DNA of 64,000 bases from Azolla caroliniana (GCA_043228905.1 JBHGNT010000007.1:9920001-9984000), one strand, 5' to 3'. Positions 20,828 through 34,418 are shown, numbered from the stretch's first letter. Notes: a model not told the origin generated them from the letters alone. Translations and numbers: made by a program.

Positions 20828-23800
20828 GTCTAGCCAAAATAGGAGCCGTTTGGTTGGACAACAGCCCTAGATCTGTACAACCCATTAGTGGTTCCATTCC
20901 TTCCAAGCAAGTTAGCAATGTGTTCCTAGCCCAAGTCATTGTTAGTACTAAAAATACTCCCCCAGTACCCGTCCTAGCACTCTTAGATTCCGGAGCTAAT
21001 TCCTGTTTCATGGATCTAAATTTTGCCCAAGCTTCTCAGATAGCCCTAAGAAAACTTCCTTGTCCCCCATCTATAGTAGTCATTGATGGTCGTCCCATTG
21101 CTTCCGGGAATATTGTAGAAGAATCAGAACCCATTCAAGTTGTCCTAGGTAGTTTTGTGTGTGTAATATCATTTAATATAATTAGTAGTCCAGAGCATCC
21201 CATTGTCCTAGGATTACCTTGGTTTGAATTACATAATACAGCCATAGATTGGAGAACAAGAGAAGTCTGATATCGACCACCCCAAGAATCTACTCACCGA
21301 GTTTCGACCATTTCACTCCATCAATTACGCGAAGAAGGACACAAGGAGGCAATGTTCCTATTTGCAATATCAGTACATCCTTCCAGCACTATTCAGAAGG
21401 ACTCCTCAGTACAACTTCCGGCAAAATATCATCCTTATGCCGATGTATTTGACAAGGTAAAAGCCGGTACCCTTCCTCATCACCGTCCCTATGACTGTCC
21501 CATCGATTTACAACCAGGAACAGAGCCACCATGGGGACCAATTTACAACTTGTCACCCACCGAGTTAGAAGTCCTTCGAGCCTACATAGAGGAGAACTTG
21601 GCAAGCGGGTTCATCCGTCATTCGAAATCTCCGGCCAGTGCACCCATCTTCTTTGTCAAGAAGAAAGATGGCTCACTTCGTCTCGTCGTTGATTACCGCG
21701 GATTGAATAAGGTCACCATCCGGAATAGGTATGCACTTCCTCTTATATCAAGTCTTTTAAAGCGAGTTAAAGGTGCCAAGTTTTTTACCAAAATCGATCT
21801 ACGAGGAGCATATAACCTCGTGCGGATCCGACCGGGAGATGAATGGAAGACCGCCTTTCGCACGCGGTATGGGCCTTTCGAGTATACTGTTATGCCGTTC
21901 GGCCTAACCAATGCACCCGCAGTCTTCCAACACATGGCAAATGATATATTCAGAGACCTCTTGGATATCTGTTTGATCATCTATCTTGATGATCTATTGA
22001 TTTATTCGAAGACCCAGCAAGAGCACGATTCTCATGTACTATTAGTACTAAAGCGACTCCGCGAGAATGGTCTTTATGCCAAGCTAGAAAAATGTAGCTT
22101 TGACTGCAAGCAAGTGGAATTTCTAGGCTACGTCATCTCCTCAAAGGGCATCGCCATGGATCCAGGTAACGTCCAAACTGTACTAGAGTGGCAAATTCCA
22201 CGGTCGGTACGAGATGTACAATGTTTTCTAGGTTTTGGTAACTTCTACTGTAAGTTTATACAGGATTACTTGAAGATTATCTTACCCCTCACACAACTTA
22301 CGAAGAAGGGCCAAGCATTTCTTTGGTCCATTGAAGCAGATATGGCTTTTCGGCATCTTAAGAAAGCCTTTACATCAGCACCGATTCTAGCTCATGTGGA
22401 TACTAGCAAACCATTCATCATGGAGGCCGATGCTTCAGATGTCGCCCTCGGTAGCATCCTTTCTCAACAAGGAGATAAAGAAGAGTTGCATCTGGTGGCT
22501 TTCCATTCGCGCATAGTGATCATAAAAACCTTGCTTATTTCCAGAACGCTCGCGTACTAAATCGACGGCAAGCTCGGTGGGCGCAATTCCTCACGCGTTT
22601 CGGCTTCAAAATCACATATCGACTGGGGAAGCAGCAAGGAAAAGCAGATGCACTATCACGGCGTTCATATCTTGCACCTCGTCCTGGTGATCCAACATTT
22701 GATAATCAAAAGCAAGTAATCTTGGGACCAACACGATTGCACACGACGCGGATTTTTCACACCCCGATGGATTCACAGATTACCGATGACATCCGTGCAA
22801 ACTTGAAGACGGATAGTTTTGCTCAAAACATCTTGGCGCACATTGATACTTCTCGGGCATCCTGTTCTCAATCTCAACAACCAGGTATTGACTACCGACA
22901 ATTCGAATATCATGATGGTTTGTTATTCTTTAAAAAGCGCGTATATGTCCCCGATTGCTCCTGTCGCCTTCAAATCATCCAGCATTGTCACGACACCCAT
23001 ACGGCGGGACATTTCGGTAGTACTAAGACGTTGGAGCTAGTGCAACAATCTTTTTGGTGGCCCCACATGCGCCGTTTTGTCGACGACTACGTTCGGACCT
23101 GTGATGCTTTCTGCCGAGCAAAGATGCCACGACACCATCCATATGGCTTGTTGGAACCCTTACCGATTCCAAGTAAGCCGTGGCAATCTATTTGTCTTGA
23201 TTTTATCACAGATTTGCCGGTCTGGCAGGGGTTCGATGCTATCTTAACTGTCGTCGATCGATATACGAAGATGGCACATTTTGTTCTGTGTACTAAGGCC
23301 ATCACTAGCGAGGAAACCGCCACCCTAGTCATGCGTGAGGTATTTCGGCATCATGGCCTCCCAGACAGTATCATCAGTGACCGAGGACCGCAATTTGTCT
23401 CCAAATTTTGGCAGCATCTCTTCAAGATGCTAAAGGTCTCTTGCAACCTCTCCTCCGGCTACCATCCTCAGACCGATGGGCAGGCAGAACGAACAAACCA
23501 AACCCTGGAGCAATATCTCCGGTGTTTCCTGAGTTATCAACAGGACGATTGGGTCGAGATTCTCCACTTTGCGGAGTTTGCGTATAATAATGTTGTTCAC
23601 TCCTCGACTCGAGTCTCCCGATTCTATGCTTATATTGGTTCTCATCCTTGTTGGTCGGTGATCGATACCCCGGAGCTACCTACCAATCCTCGTGCCGAGG
23701 ATCATTTGGAGAGACTACGCAAGATCCAGACAGATCTCTCGACTCATCTTCGTCATGCTGAACAAACACAGAAGACTTACGCGGATCATCATCGACTTCC

Positions 23801-24278
23801 CTCCTCTTTTGCCATCGGAGATCGAGTATGGCTCTTACGTCGTCACATCAAGACTACTCGACCGTGCGACAAGTTAGATTATCGACGACTCGGTCCTTTC
23901 CTTATTACGGGTAAAGTTAATGATGTCACATTCCACCTTGATCTCCCTTCGCAACTTCAGATACATCCGGTTTTCCATTGTTCTCTTCTTGAACCTTATA
24001 AAGCAAACACCATTCCCGATCGTGTTACACCACCGCCGCCCCCGCTGGAGTTGGACACCGGCCCGAAGTATGAAGTTGCTGCCATCCTCAATTCCAAACT
24101 TATTCGCAACAAACTTTATTATTTGGTCGATTGGGTTGGTTATAGTCCGAGCGAACGCACTTGGGAACCTGTCGAGCATGTTGCCAATGCTCAAGATCTG
24201 CTTGCTGATTTCCACCGAAAGTATCCGGACAAACCCGGTCTGCAATCAGCGCCGACTCGTTCCACTCGTCGTCTTTAA
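20815..24278 (+). pseudogene. pol: Chromovirus pol (PR, RT, RH with ~110-bp deletion, integrase, chromodomain), in the -1 frame relative to gag
   Basis: LLDSGA, YLDD, GHFG...CDAFC, SDRG, GPF, YEVAAIL...YLVDWVGYSPSERTWEP. Confidence 0.95.
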
Positions 24279-24289
24279 GGGGGAGATAG

Positions 24290-24732
24290 TGTCATGAGAT
24301 GGCAAGACTTGAACCCATGACCTTATGGTATATGGGTCGAGCTCTTAACCATCACACCATCTATTGTAATTCATAAAATATTATTTTCATTTATGTTTTA
24401 TTATAAGAAAGTAATGTATATTCCAGATTTCTCTGGAACATTCTAGAAGTTTCAAGATTACTCTTAACAACACTATAAAAGAAGGCACTAGGCATTATGT
24501 CGAACCAAATTGGTTCAACGCCAGTCTTAAGCCTCTCATTCGCTTTGTACTTATCTTTTCACATAATATATTAGCTGTTGTCATCATCTTTCTCTCTCTC
24601 TCTCCTCTTCTCACTTCCTCTCTCGGGAATCTTACGCAATCCCATCCTCTTAGTACTAATAGTACTGCTCTTCTTAGTACTAATTCCATCTCTGCTTTAG
24701 TACTATTCCTAACAGTAGTACTATTCTTGACA
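24290..24732 (+). repeat. 3' LTR with a duplicated U5 tip
   Basis: Matches the 5' LTR. The last ~18 bp are present twice. Confidence 0.95.
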
Positions 24733-25261
24733 CATGCTCTCTTCTCATCGAAGGCCTAGAGTGAAAGGTTGTTCTATTCTACTTTGCAGCCAAGTAGTCC
24801 ACACACTTTTCAAGGTGTATTCCTTTCACCTCTAGTAGAAAATCCGTTTCAACAAGGATATACATTCCCCTTTCTCTCATGTACCTGAGCTTTTTATGCC
24901 ACAACTCACCATCTGAGTCACCCACTACATTTGCTTCATCTCGGCACAATTTTGTATGCATTACATACAACGTGTTCTGTTTTTGAGCTCGAGCCACAAT
25001 CAGGCTCCCTTTACATAACTTCCATGTACCATTTCGAAAACCACCACTGTAACCTTCGTCGTCTAGTCGTCTAGCCAATATCAGATTCAATCTGACATCA
25101 GGAACATGGCCTACATCCTTCAACATTAACCTGCAGCCAGTAGATGTTAGGAAACACACATTTCCTATGCCCACAATCTTGCATTCACCATCTATTCCCA
25201 TCCTTACGTAACCATAGTCACCGGTTGTGTAAGATGAGAAACATCCTTACGTAGCCATATT

Positions 25262-25317
25262 TTGTTGTTATCCAGACTAGCCGGTTTTGTCTTCGCTTCC
25301 GCACATTATCTTTAACA
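25262..25317 (+). repeat. 3' tip of a Copia LTR of the 27917-28372 family, left at a deletion junction
   Basis: CTTCCGCACATTATCTTTAACA matches the end of the solo LTR at 28351-28372. Confidence 0.65.
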
Positions 25318-28300
25318 CGGATAAACCCGACTATGTCGAAACCGGAGATGACACCACTCATCCGATTCGACATGTCAGCAATGTCCCATTCAGGAAAGAA
25401 GGTGAACAAACTTGTATCAAAAATGTCTTGCATGTACCCACCATAACGAAGAATTTGGTCTCAGTTGGCCAAATTGTGGAGCAAGGGATGCAAGTTTGAT
25501 TCAATCGAGGTGGTTGCTTCATTGAGAAGGAAGGCTAACTAATTGCTCGTGGTCGAAGGGAAGGCCGAATGTTTATCCTCGAATCGAACGAGGTAAAATC
25601 AGTCATGTTTGCAAAGGGCCTCAAAGACGACACTGACATAAAGCTATGGCGTAAAAGAATTGGTCATATCAATCTCAACAAACTCAAGGCAATGCAATCG
25701 AAAGGATTCTTCATTGGACTTCAGATGTTCAAAGAGAAAGAGATTGAAGGAGTATGTGGAGCATGCCAATTCGACAAGCAAAATCTGCACATGTTCCCAA
25801 AGGAGAGGAATGTGAGCAAAGGCCTATTGGACGTAGTCCACTAGGATGTGTGGGGACCAGCACAAATAGCCACATTCAGAGGATGTCGGTACTATGTTAC
25901 CTTCATCAACAACTTCTCTAGATACACATGAATCTTTCACATGAGAATGAAGAGCGAAGTGTTTTCACACTTCCAAATATTCAAAAGCGAAGTCAAAAAG
26001 ACAATCGGCCACCATGTACGATGTCTTCGGTTAGACAGACGAAAGGAATACTTCTCTGATGTGTTCACGACATACCTTTGACAAGGAGTTCGGTGAGAAT
26101 TCACTTGCCGACCCACACCACAACATAACGGTGCAGCCGAACGCAAGAATCGACACATCCTCGAAGTAGCACGGGCCATGGTCAACAAGAAGCATATGCC
26201 CAAGTCATATTGGGTAGAAACAACAAATATCCCCGTCTACCTCATGAACTGGTGCACAACATCCGGAGTGCACGAGGTCACTCCTCACAAGAAGTATTAT
26301 GGAAAGTAGTTGGATCTATCCCATGTTAGGATATTCGGCTCACTTGCATACGTGCACATCCCCGATGAGAAGTGGCAAAAGCTAGATCCCAAGTCGGAGA
26401 AATGTATCCTCGTAGGATACTTATTGGAGTAAAAGGGGTACAAATGCTTCAACCCCTCTACTTGGAAGGTTCGAGTGAGTCGGGACGTCGTTTTTGATGA
26501 ATCGACATCTTGGTACAAACTAGAGACGACTCTAACTCCAACCCCAATCGATCCAAACTTGGCCAACCAAGAGATAGAAGACGAAGATCAACTAAGGCAT
26601 ATGTTCAAAGATAGTCTGATCACGACTAGGCTCAGTGGGCCACAAGAGTCGTGCAGCGACCATAGCACATCTCGGCCTAGTCCGAAGATGGAAAAAAGCA
26701 AGGCGAAAATGCCAGAATATGAAGAGGATCTATATAATGGCAACGAATCAACTCACTCATTCGACAGTGAGTTCGGTGGCGTCGATGTACCTATCATGAG
26801 GACACCTAGTGTAAAGAAATTCATTGCCACAGCAAACAAAAAACTCGGTTGCTCTACCTGTGAGAAAAATCTTGTTAGCCGATTCGGTTACAACGACTAT
26901 ATGGCATACCACTATGCCTTTATGATGAAGGTGTCGACAGTTCGTGAACCGGAAAATTTATCCAAGGCAGCCAACGATCCACGATGGGTCGAAGCAATGA
27001 TCGAGGAGATGGGGGCACTATGCAAGAACGAGACATGGGATCTCGTTCCCCACTCACCACACAAAAAGGCAATCGGTTGCAGGTGGATTTACAAGGTGAA
27101 GTATAATGCCAACGGCTCCGTCAACCGCTACAAAGCTCGACTTGTAGCAAAAGGATACACACAAACACATGGAGTCGACTATGAAGAGACCTTTGTCCCA
27201 GTGGCAAAGATGACAACCGTGCAGACCGTGATTGCACTTGCTACGGCGAAAGGGTGGCACCTCCATAAGATGGACGTCAAGAAAGCTTTTCTTCAAGGCA
27301 CATTAAAAGAGGAGGTGTACATGGTACAACCACCCGGCTTTGAATCCAACATTCATCCGAAAGTCTTCTACCGACTCAAGAAGCCTCTCTACGGCCTTAA
27401 GCAAGCACCACGTGCTTGGCATTCGAACATAACACAATATCTTCATCGAATCGGCTTCCAAATGTCGAAATCTGACAATTCCCTCTACACAAGAAGCAAT
27501 TCGGGAAGTCTGATTGTCATCATTCTATATGTGGATGATCGGGTCATTGGAGGTGAAACTCTAGTCGACATCAACAAGGTCAAGTCCCTCTTCGCTAACA
27601 AATTCGAGATGAAGGACATGAAAGAGCTCCATTACTTCCTTGGCATCAAGGTAATTCAGACTCCAGCCGGCATTATGATCTCCCAACAACACTACATCCT
27701 CAACTTGTTATACAAGTTCGGGATGATGGAGTGCAAATCTGTGGCAACCCCTCTCGATCAGAATGTCAAACTTGATGCCGACCCTAGCACGGAACAATGA
27801 GAGCCTACTCAGTATCGACAACTGATCGGAAGTCTCATCTACCTCACCATCACTCGACCCAACCTTAACTACTTGATCAGTCTCCTCAACCAATTCATGA
27901 AAAACCCACGAGACATTGTTGAGCGAACAAGCTCAACCGGATCTGAATCGGTTGAATAAGCCAAAGCCGGATCAGAGTCTAGAACGGAGAACCGAATCGG
28001 TGTCCGAATGGTATCCAGAACTAAGAGCTAGATCGAAGAGACGGATCGGATTGGAACCGGTAGGCCATTAGAAGCCTACGAATCTAGCCTAGTACGTAAA
28101 CATTTTTTTGGGAGTCAATGTCAGACGCTCGTATGAGCATTGAAGTACATGTCAATACTTCTGTTAGTCCGTGTAAGGACTTGTATAAAAGTGCTCACTG
28201 AGCACATTGTATGTGCAGAGTGCTATTAATTTGAATTGAGTTTATGCTTTCTGCTCTCTCTGTCTCTCCCGTGTATTGTGTATTCTAAGCTTCCATTAAA

Positions 28301-29552
28301 CCTGTATCTATCCTCTGTTGCTATCCGGTGTAACCGGTTTCTTCTACAAGCTTCCGCACATTATCTTTTACAGAAATTCACTTGGATTGCGCTACGTGAG
28401 TATAATTACGATACGTGAGCGGCACAATGGATTGTGGTATTCTCTCCGAATCCGCCACACCAATTCGACTCAAAGGGTACATAGATGTCGATTGGGTCGG
28501 TGACAAAGCCGATCGACGATCAACCTTTGGTTTGGTCTTCTCCCTTGGAAGTAGAGCCATCTCCTAGAGTAGCAAGAAGTAACCAACCCTCGCTCTTTGG
28601 AGCATAGAGGTCGAATACAGGGGCGCGACGGTGGTTGCATGTGAAGCCATATGGCTCAAGAGGATATTGAAGGATTTGGGCGTTCCCATCAAAGATCTTA
28701 TTCCCCTTTATTGCGACAACATGAGCAGTATTTATTTGGCTCAAAACTCAGTATTCCATGCACGCATGAAGCATATCGAAGCGCACTATCACTTCCTTCG
28801 AGAGTGCATTCACACTAGAGATGTCGACCTTCAACACATCAACACGAATCTATAGACATCTAACATCTTCACCAAAGCCCTAGGAACAGACAAGCTTTGG
28901 CAATTCATGTCAGACCTTGGATTGACGATTCCTGACTTGCCAAGCTTGAGGGGGGGTACAAGAGAGAACCGGATACCGTCCAAACTGGGTACCAGCGGAA
29001 GCGGACATCAACCGAAAGGAGCCAACCCAAGTTGAGCTTGAGGGGGCGTGTTGAGAATCAAGCTCAACCTAGTCTAGTGTGTGAACACACCCTTGAGAGT
29101 GTAGGAACACGAACACTCAAAGGTCAAAAGTCACACCACTACTCTCTACACATTAACTATGTGTCATACAATCATATTCTATGACACATAACTAATGAGT
29201 TTCCACATTCCCCATGACCGATGAGCTTCAGTAGTCAATGAAGAGAGAGGGTGTGCTAAAGCAAGAGCTGACAACGTGAAGCTTCGTTCAAGGCTTCGTG
29301 TATGCGAACATTAGTGGCTTTGCCTTCGAAAGCTATAGCGCTTTCTCAACTTCGTGTATGCATTCCATCAAACGCTATTCCCCTCCTCCTACTTTGTAAT
29401 GTGTCGATTAAATCTCCTTTGTAATATACATCTTCTTGAGTATTCTATTTTCCATTCTATCTATCTTGTGTCTCTCTCCTCTCCTCTTCTCAAACACACA
29501 ACACACATCTCTAACCTATTCCGCTGCATAGAATCGTCGACGATTCTTTACA
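25318..29552 (+). mobile_element. Decayed Ty1/Copia element (PR to RNase H plus 3' LTR 29049-29552)
   Basis: VETGDDTTHPI, GAG-pre, integrase, RT ([24 protein letters not shown]), RNase H, PPT TTGAGGGGGCG followed by TGTTGAG...TTACA. Confidence 0.92.
27917..28372 (+). repeat. Solo LTR (456 bp) inserted in Copia RT/RNase H
   Basis: TGTTG...TTACA, TSD GACAT/GAAAT, host frame rejoins (NPRDIHLDCA). Similar to the LTR at 54618-55028. Confidence 0.9.
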
Positions 29553-29778
29553 CTGTTCTTCAAGGTCGCCTTGAAGAAATGTGTTTTTGACGTCCATCTG
29601 ATGAAGATGCCACCCCCTTGTCGTTGCTACCGCCAGCACCACACAGACTGTCGTCATCTTCGCCACCGGTGCGAAGGTATGATTGTAGTCAATGTTGTCG
29701 TCATCCCTTGGCCACCAATCGGGCCTTGTACTGGTTGACCGAACCATCTGCGTTGTACTTTATCTTGTACACCCATAT
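29553..29778 (-). pseudogene. Copia RT fragment
   Basis: [11 protein letters not shown]...[19 protein letters not shown]. Confidence 0.85.
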
Positions 29779-29884
29779 AGTTTATTATGGTGAGGGAAAT
29801 AAGGGAATAGTCAAAATTTTGAATCGATGGGCACACACGTAGTGGAACATAGGGAATAGTGCACTCATGTAAAGTCGAGTTTAA

Positions 29885-30315
29885 TGTTATTGAGATATCG
29901 AGCTCAACTAGATTTAGTTAATTAGTCAACACAAGTAACTTTGTAGTTACCTAGATAGAATCTAGTTAGTGTGTTGACCTTAAAGCCTTAAATAGGGTTT
30001 TGTACTTGAATGGGATACATTGTAGATCCTCCACTCCCATGTTCATTTAATATAGGACTTACACCTTTGTACCTATATTCTACTCACACATGTGTACCTT
30101 TGCACATGAGATGTATATATACCTCATTGTGTGTATTTTTGTATTTGATGATGCTTTTTAATATACAATCTCGTTAATCATCCCCCATTTATATTATTGT
30201 TAATCTCTCTCTTCCTCTCACACACATACACACACATATCTCATAATCTTTCACTGCTTAACTACTCACATAATTATTCACTAATTAACCTTCACTTAAT
30301 TACCTAATTCTTAAC
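29885..30315 (+). repeat. Possible degenerate Copia LTR
   Basis: Start resembles the LTR at 29049 (TTGAGA..C.AGCTCAAC.TAG). End undefined. Confidence 0.35.
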
Positions 30316-30569
30316 GAATGCTCTCGGCCCCTTTTTATAGGTGATCTAAGCGACTCTTCCAAGATATTACACTTGCTTGTTTGGCAAGAAGTTACAGTTC
30401 ATACTAACCATCCTATTTTCTAAATTACTCTATTTTTTTTACTTGGCAAAAAGTTACAATTAAAATTATGTCTTTTCATATTTGTCAGACTTCGGCTCCA
30501 ACTCTGACTCCTTGTCGACCTTTATCCTTCGAGTAGTTGACCGGCTAACAAGGAGTTGAACTTCTGATA

Positions 30570-33015
30570 CTACATCCTTGGCGCTTGTTTTAAGCCATAA
30601 AGGCTTTTCTTCAGATGGCATACAAGGTGACCTTCCTCCCCAATCGCCGTGAAGCCTATCAGTTGAGACATATAGATGTCTTCTTCGAAGTCTCCATGTA
30701 GGAATGTCGTCTTGACATCTAGTTGCTCGAGCTCTAGGTCTTCTGTCACTACAACTCCGAGTAGGAGTCGAAGGGTGGTCATCTTGACTACTGGCGAGAA
30801 GATCTCGTCATAGTCGACCCCATGTTCTTGTTTGAAACCTTTGGCGATGAGCTGAGCTTTGTATTTGGGCTTCTCCGAATCAGACAAATATTTCTATCTA
30901 AAGACCCATTTGCAAGGTAGTGGCTTCCTTCCAGCTAGTAACTCAACCAGTTCCCATGTGTTATTCTCCTTTATCGGTCCATCTCGGATCTCATGGCTTG
31001 TAGACATGTGTCAATGTCTAGCGCGGCTATAGCTTCCTTGTAGGAGCTTGGTTCGCCTGCATCCGTGTAGTTGACGTAGTCGAGGCCCGGTTGATAAAAC
31101 TCTATTGGTCGTCGAGCTCGTCTGGATCTCCTAGGTTCCAAGATCTTTGGTTTGGATCCTTCGATCATCTCTGTTGGTTGATCGGTATTTCTTGAACCAT
31201 CTTCAGGAGTTCTATGGGACTCGCCCCTAGAATAGAATTTTGGTCATATTTGGTCATCCTTCCCATCTCCGGGATCGATTGACAGAGGGATTGGTGCCTT
31301 GGTCGACTTGGTTCAATCTTTTGGCACCTTAGCCAGTTTGGACGATTTGCTCATTTCAATTCTATCTCTTTTGTCTCTTGTCAATTGATTAGTCGAGTCA
31401 AGTTCGACTAGTGGACCTTTTGCCGATTCAGAGTCGGCCAACAATTTTGGCCAATTTCAATTGTTTGTCGAATCGCCAATTCGGCCCAATGGGTTAGTCC
31501 TTCTATAGCCTCTTCGTCGAAGGAAACCTTTTTGCCACTTTCCTTAGGTTGGGATGGAATGGAGTCTTCATTGAAGACTATATCACTACTCTAGATCAAT
31601 TTCCGGTTCTTTGGATCCCATAGCCTATAGACAAATTCCCCATCGGTTTTATAACTGAGAAATATGCATTTTGTTGCATGGGGTGCCAACTTGGTCTTTT
31701 TGTCCTTCGGGATGAAGGTGTAGGCTTCACATCCGAATATACGAAGCTTGTTGTAGGTCGGTTGTTTGCTTGACCATAATGCTGGTGGCACTTCGAGCCG
31801 TATAGCTCTTGACGGTGAAAGATTTATCAAGTATACTATCATCTGCAATGCTTCGGCCCAAAATTCCAGCTTTAGTCTGGATTGCTAGAGCATTGCCATC
31901 ACCCTCTCTTGGATCATCTGGTTGATCCATGCTACCACGCCGTTTTGCATGGGAGTATATGGAACAGTCTTTTGGTGCCAGATTCCTTTCCTAAATAGGT
32001 ATTGTTGAAGGCTCAAGAGGTGTATTCCCCTCCGTTGTCGGACCGGATGGTCTTTACTCGATGTCCTAATCGGTTCTCCACTTCGGCTAACCACCGAGAG
32101 AAGACCTCGAGCACTTCATCTTTCGACCTAATCGAGTTGGCCCAGACTTTTCGTGTACAGTCATCTACGAATCTGATGAAGTATCGGGACCCTCCTAGTG
32201 ACCTTTCAGGCATCAGCCCACATATATCTGTGTGGACTAGTTCTAGGGGTTGTCATACCATCTCATAGTGGAGAGAGTGCGGACTGCGGGTCTATTTCCC
32301 ATAACGACAATGCTCACAAAATTCGGTTTTTATCTGGAGCTTCAGGATGTAGTCGATTGCCATCAACTGGTCTAGTCCGGCTTGAGACATATGGCCGAGT
32401 CAGCCATGCCATAGGTTCAAGTTCCGCGATTCGGTTATGTTCACGGCCCCCTTCTAGGTTGATCGCCAGCAATGAGAACAAGTTATTGTACTTGTATCGA
32501 TTTCCTCGGTTGATCGTCCACGATGACTCACTTAGAGTCATTTTGTACCCGGCTTCGGCTAGCATGTCAATGGAGACCAAACTCCTCTTCAGCTCAGGTA
32601 CGTGCCGGACTTGGTGCAGGGTGATGGTATTGTCATTCGGCAATTGAATGGGGAACTAGTCAATCCTTGCGATTCTACACGTCTGCCCATTGCCTAATCA
32701 GGTTGTGCCATTGGCTCTGGCCGAATAGTTCGAAAACCATTCGATGTTGGGGGCCACGTGAAATGTGGCGTTGGAGTCCAGCAACCACATTTGCACGTCT
32801 TGCGCGGTGTATAGGATTTCACCAATCGATGATTCCTCCAAGGAGAGGTTTTCTCCCAACCGGGATTCGGCAACATTGACTTGGTTGCCAGTGGGAGAAT
32901 GATTCGAATCGGATTGTCTTGAATTCCGTTCAAATCGCCGACCATTCTCCTTATTGATCGACCAACAATCAGAGGTATCGTGACCAAACTTTCCGCAATG
33001 AATGCAGAAAGCACT
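30570..33015 (-). mobile_element. Decayed Copia fragment (gag knuckle, PR, integrase, partial RT)
   Basis: CIHCGKFGHDTSDC, WLLDS, RSDNGGEY, CIFL.Y, LYGLKQAPR. Confidence 0.88.
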
Positions 33016-34410
33016 TGATCGACTATCCAGTCAAATTTGGGACTATGTACATGTTAGAACAAACTTAGCACAACACACAATATATATGCTAAGTATTTTA
33101 AAAGCATTTTCGCTTTTTCTAAAAAATACTTAAAAACCTAAATTCTAAAGATATATCATAGAATACATAGATTACGTTAAATAATTCTTATATTTGTATA
33201 GCTTCGTAGAATCGTATTGGAAGCAAAAAAAACCAAGACACATAAAAGCAAAAAAAAAATTATCTAGTTGGATGCAAAAGATGAAAAAAAAAAGACTTTC
33301 AAAGATGGGATGGAACACACTTTTTTCATGAATCATGATGCGCCAGATATGAACGAAGCCATTTTGCAATACCAAGGTATCAAGATATCATGACATGGGA
33401 AAATTGTGGATGCTCACACTTCACACCTTATACCACATATGTTGCACCTAACAACAAAACTATGTTCTTCGTTGAAGAGGGAAACTATAAACATCAATGC
33501 ATGTTGGACCCCATCACATTCTTTATCATCCAAACCATTACTTGCACCTGACACAGTTCATACTCATTTCAATGGGAGACAAGACGTTGGGGCACAACTT
33601 ACAAGTGATAAGACTAGTCAACTATGTACATTTTTCCCTTTGAGACACTTTGATATACCGTTGTTCACTTTCGACCATGTGCTTTCCACCATCTTTGACC
33701 AAACCTAATCCTTTTATGATTTCTCTAATAGTTAAAATGACATTCATTCTTGAACATCGAGAATTTTGTCTTACTTTCACATGTATTACATGAAAACATT
33801 ATATTTTTGGTCTCATAAGTATACTTCAACCTCCAAAGATGATAATAAAATCAATCTCTCTATGTTTCTCTCGTTTCCTTTTCAATCGTGTGTTTTTGGT
33901 TTTTTCCAACCATCAATTGTTTATCTCTTCTTTGTGATGTGTATTTTCACAAAAAATAAATCATTTGTTCTATTCAAAGCATTTTGATCTTTTCCTCTAA
34001 TAAAAGAGTGTATATATTGTGGTGTGCATGTGTTCCTGTGTTCCTTTGTGCCACCCTTTTTAGCACACCCTTTTTAGCTAAGCCAACCCAAATGGGTACC
34101 TTTGTATCAACCATAAATTGAGTAAGAAGTAAGAAGCTAACTAGGTTAGTTTTGTTCTCTTATGTGCATTTCACAATATGTATAGTTTTTATCCCTTGAT
34201 CTCGTACAAATATGCATGTTTTAAATCTTTGAAACTTGTTAAGTATGTGTATTTCCAAAGCTTGGGATTCAAAGATGTAAACAGCTGGGATGAAATCATT
34301 TTCTTTATGCGCATTTGGATATATACGAACAGTCGGAGCAATTGGATGTTGAAGACATGATGAGGTTCGTCTCAATTGGAGATAAGGTGAGGGCTCCAAA
34401 TCAACCACTT

Positions 34411-34418
34411 AGAGAGAC

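Larger units (their letters stand above)
19200..24732 (+). mobile_element. Full-length (inactivated) chromovirus, Tcn1-like family 1
   Basis: Paired LTRs 19200-19624 and 24290-24732, TSD CATGT/CATGC, PPT AAGGGGGAGATAG, gag-PR-RT-RH-INT-chromodomain. The host Copia frame rejoins across the insertion (RREHALELVH). Confidence 0.97.
15937..25241 (-). mobile_element. Ty1/Copia element (Tork/Tnt1-like), 5'-truncated, split by a chromovirus insertion
   Basis: Protease/GAG-pre at 24733-25240, integrase 18500-19199, RT 17078-18247 (LYGLKQAP, YVDD, PYASVVRSLMYAM), RNase H, PPT at ~16716-16731, 3' LTR ~15937-16714. Confidence 0.9.
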
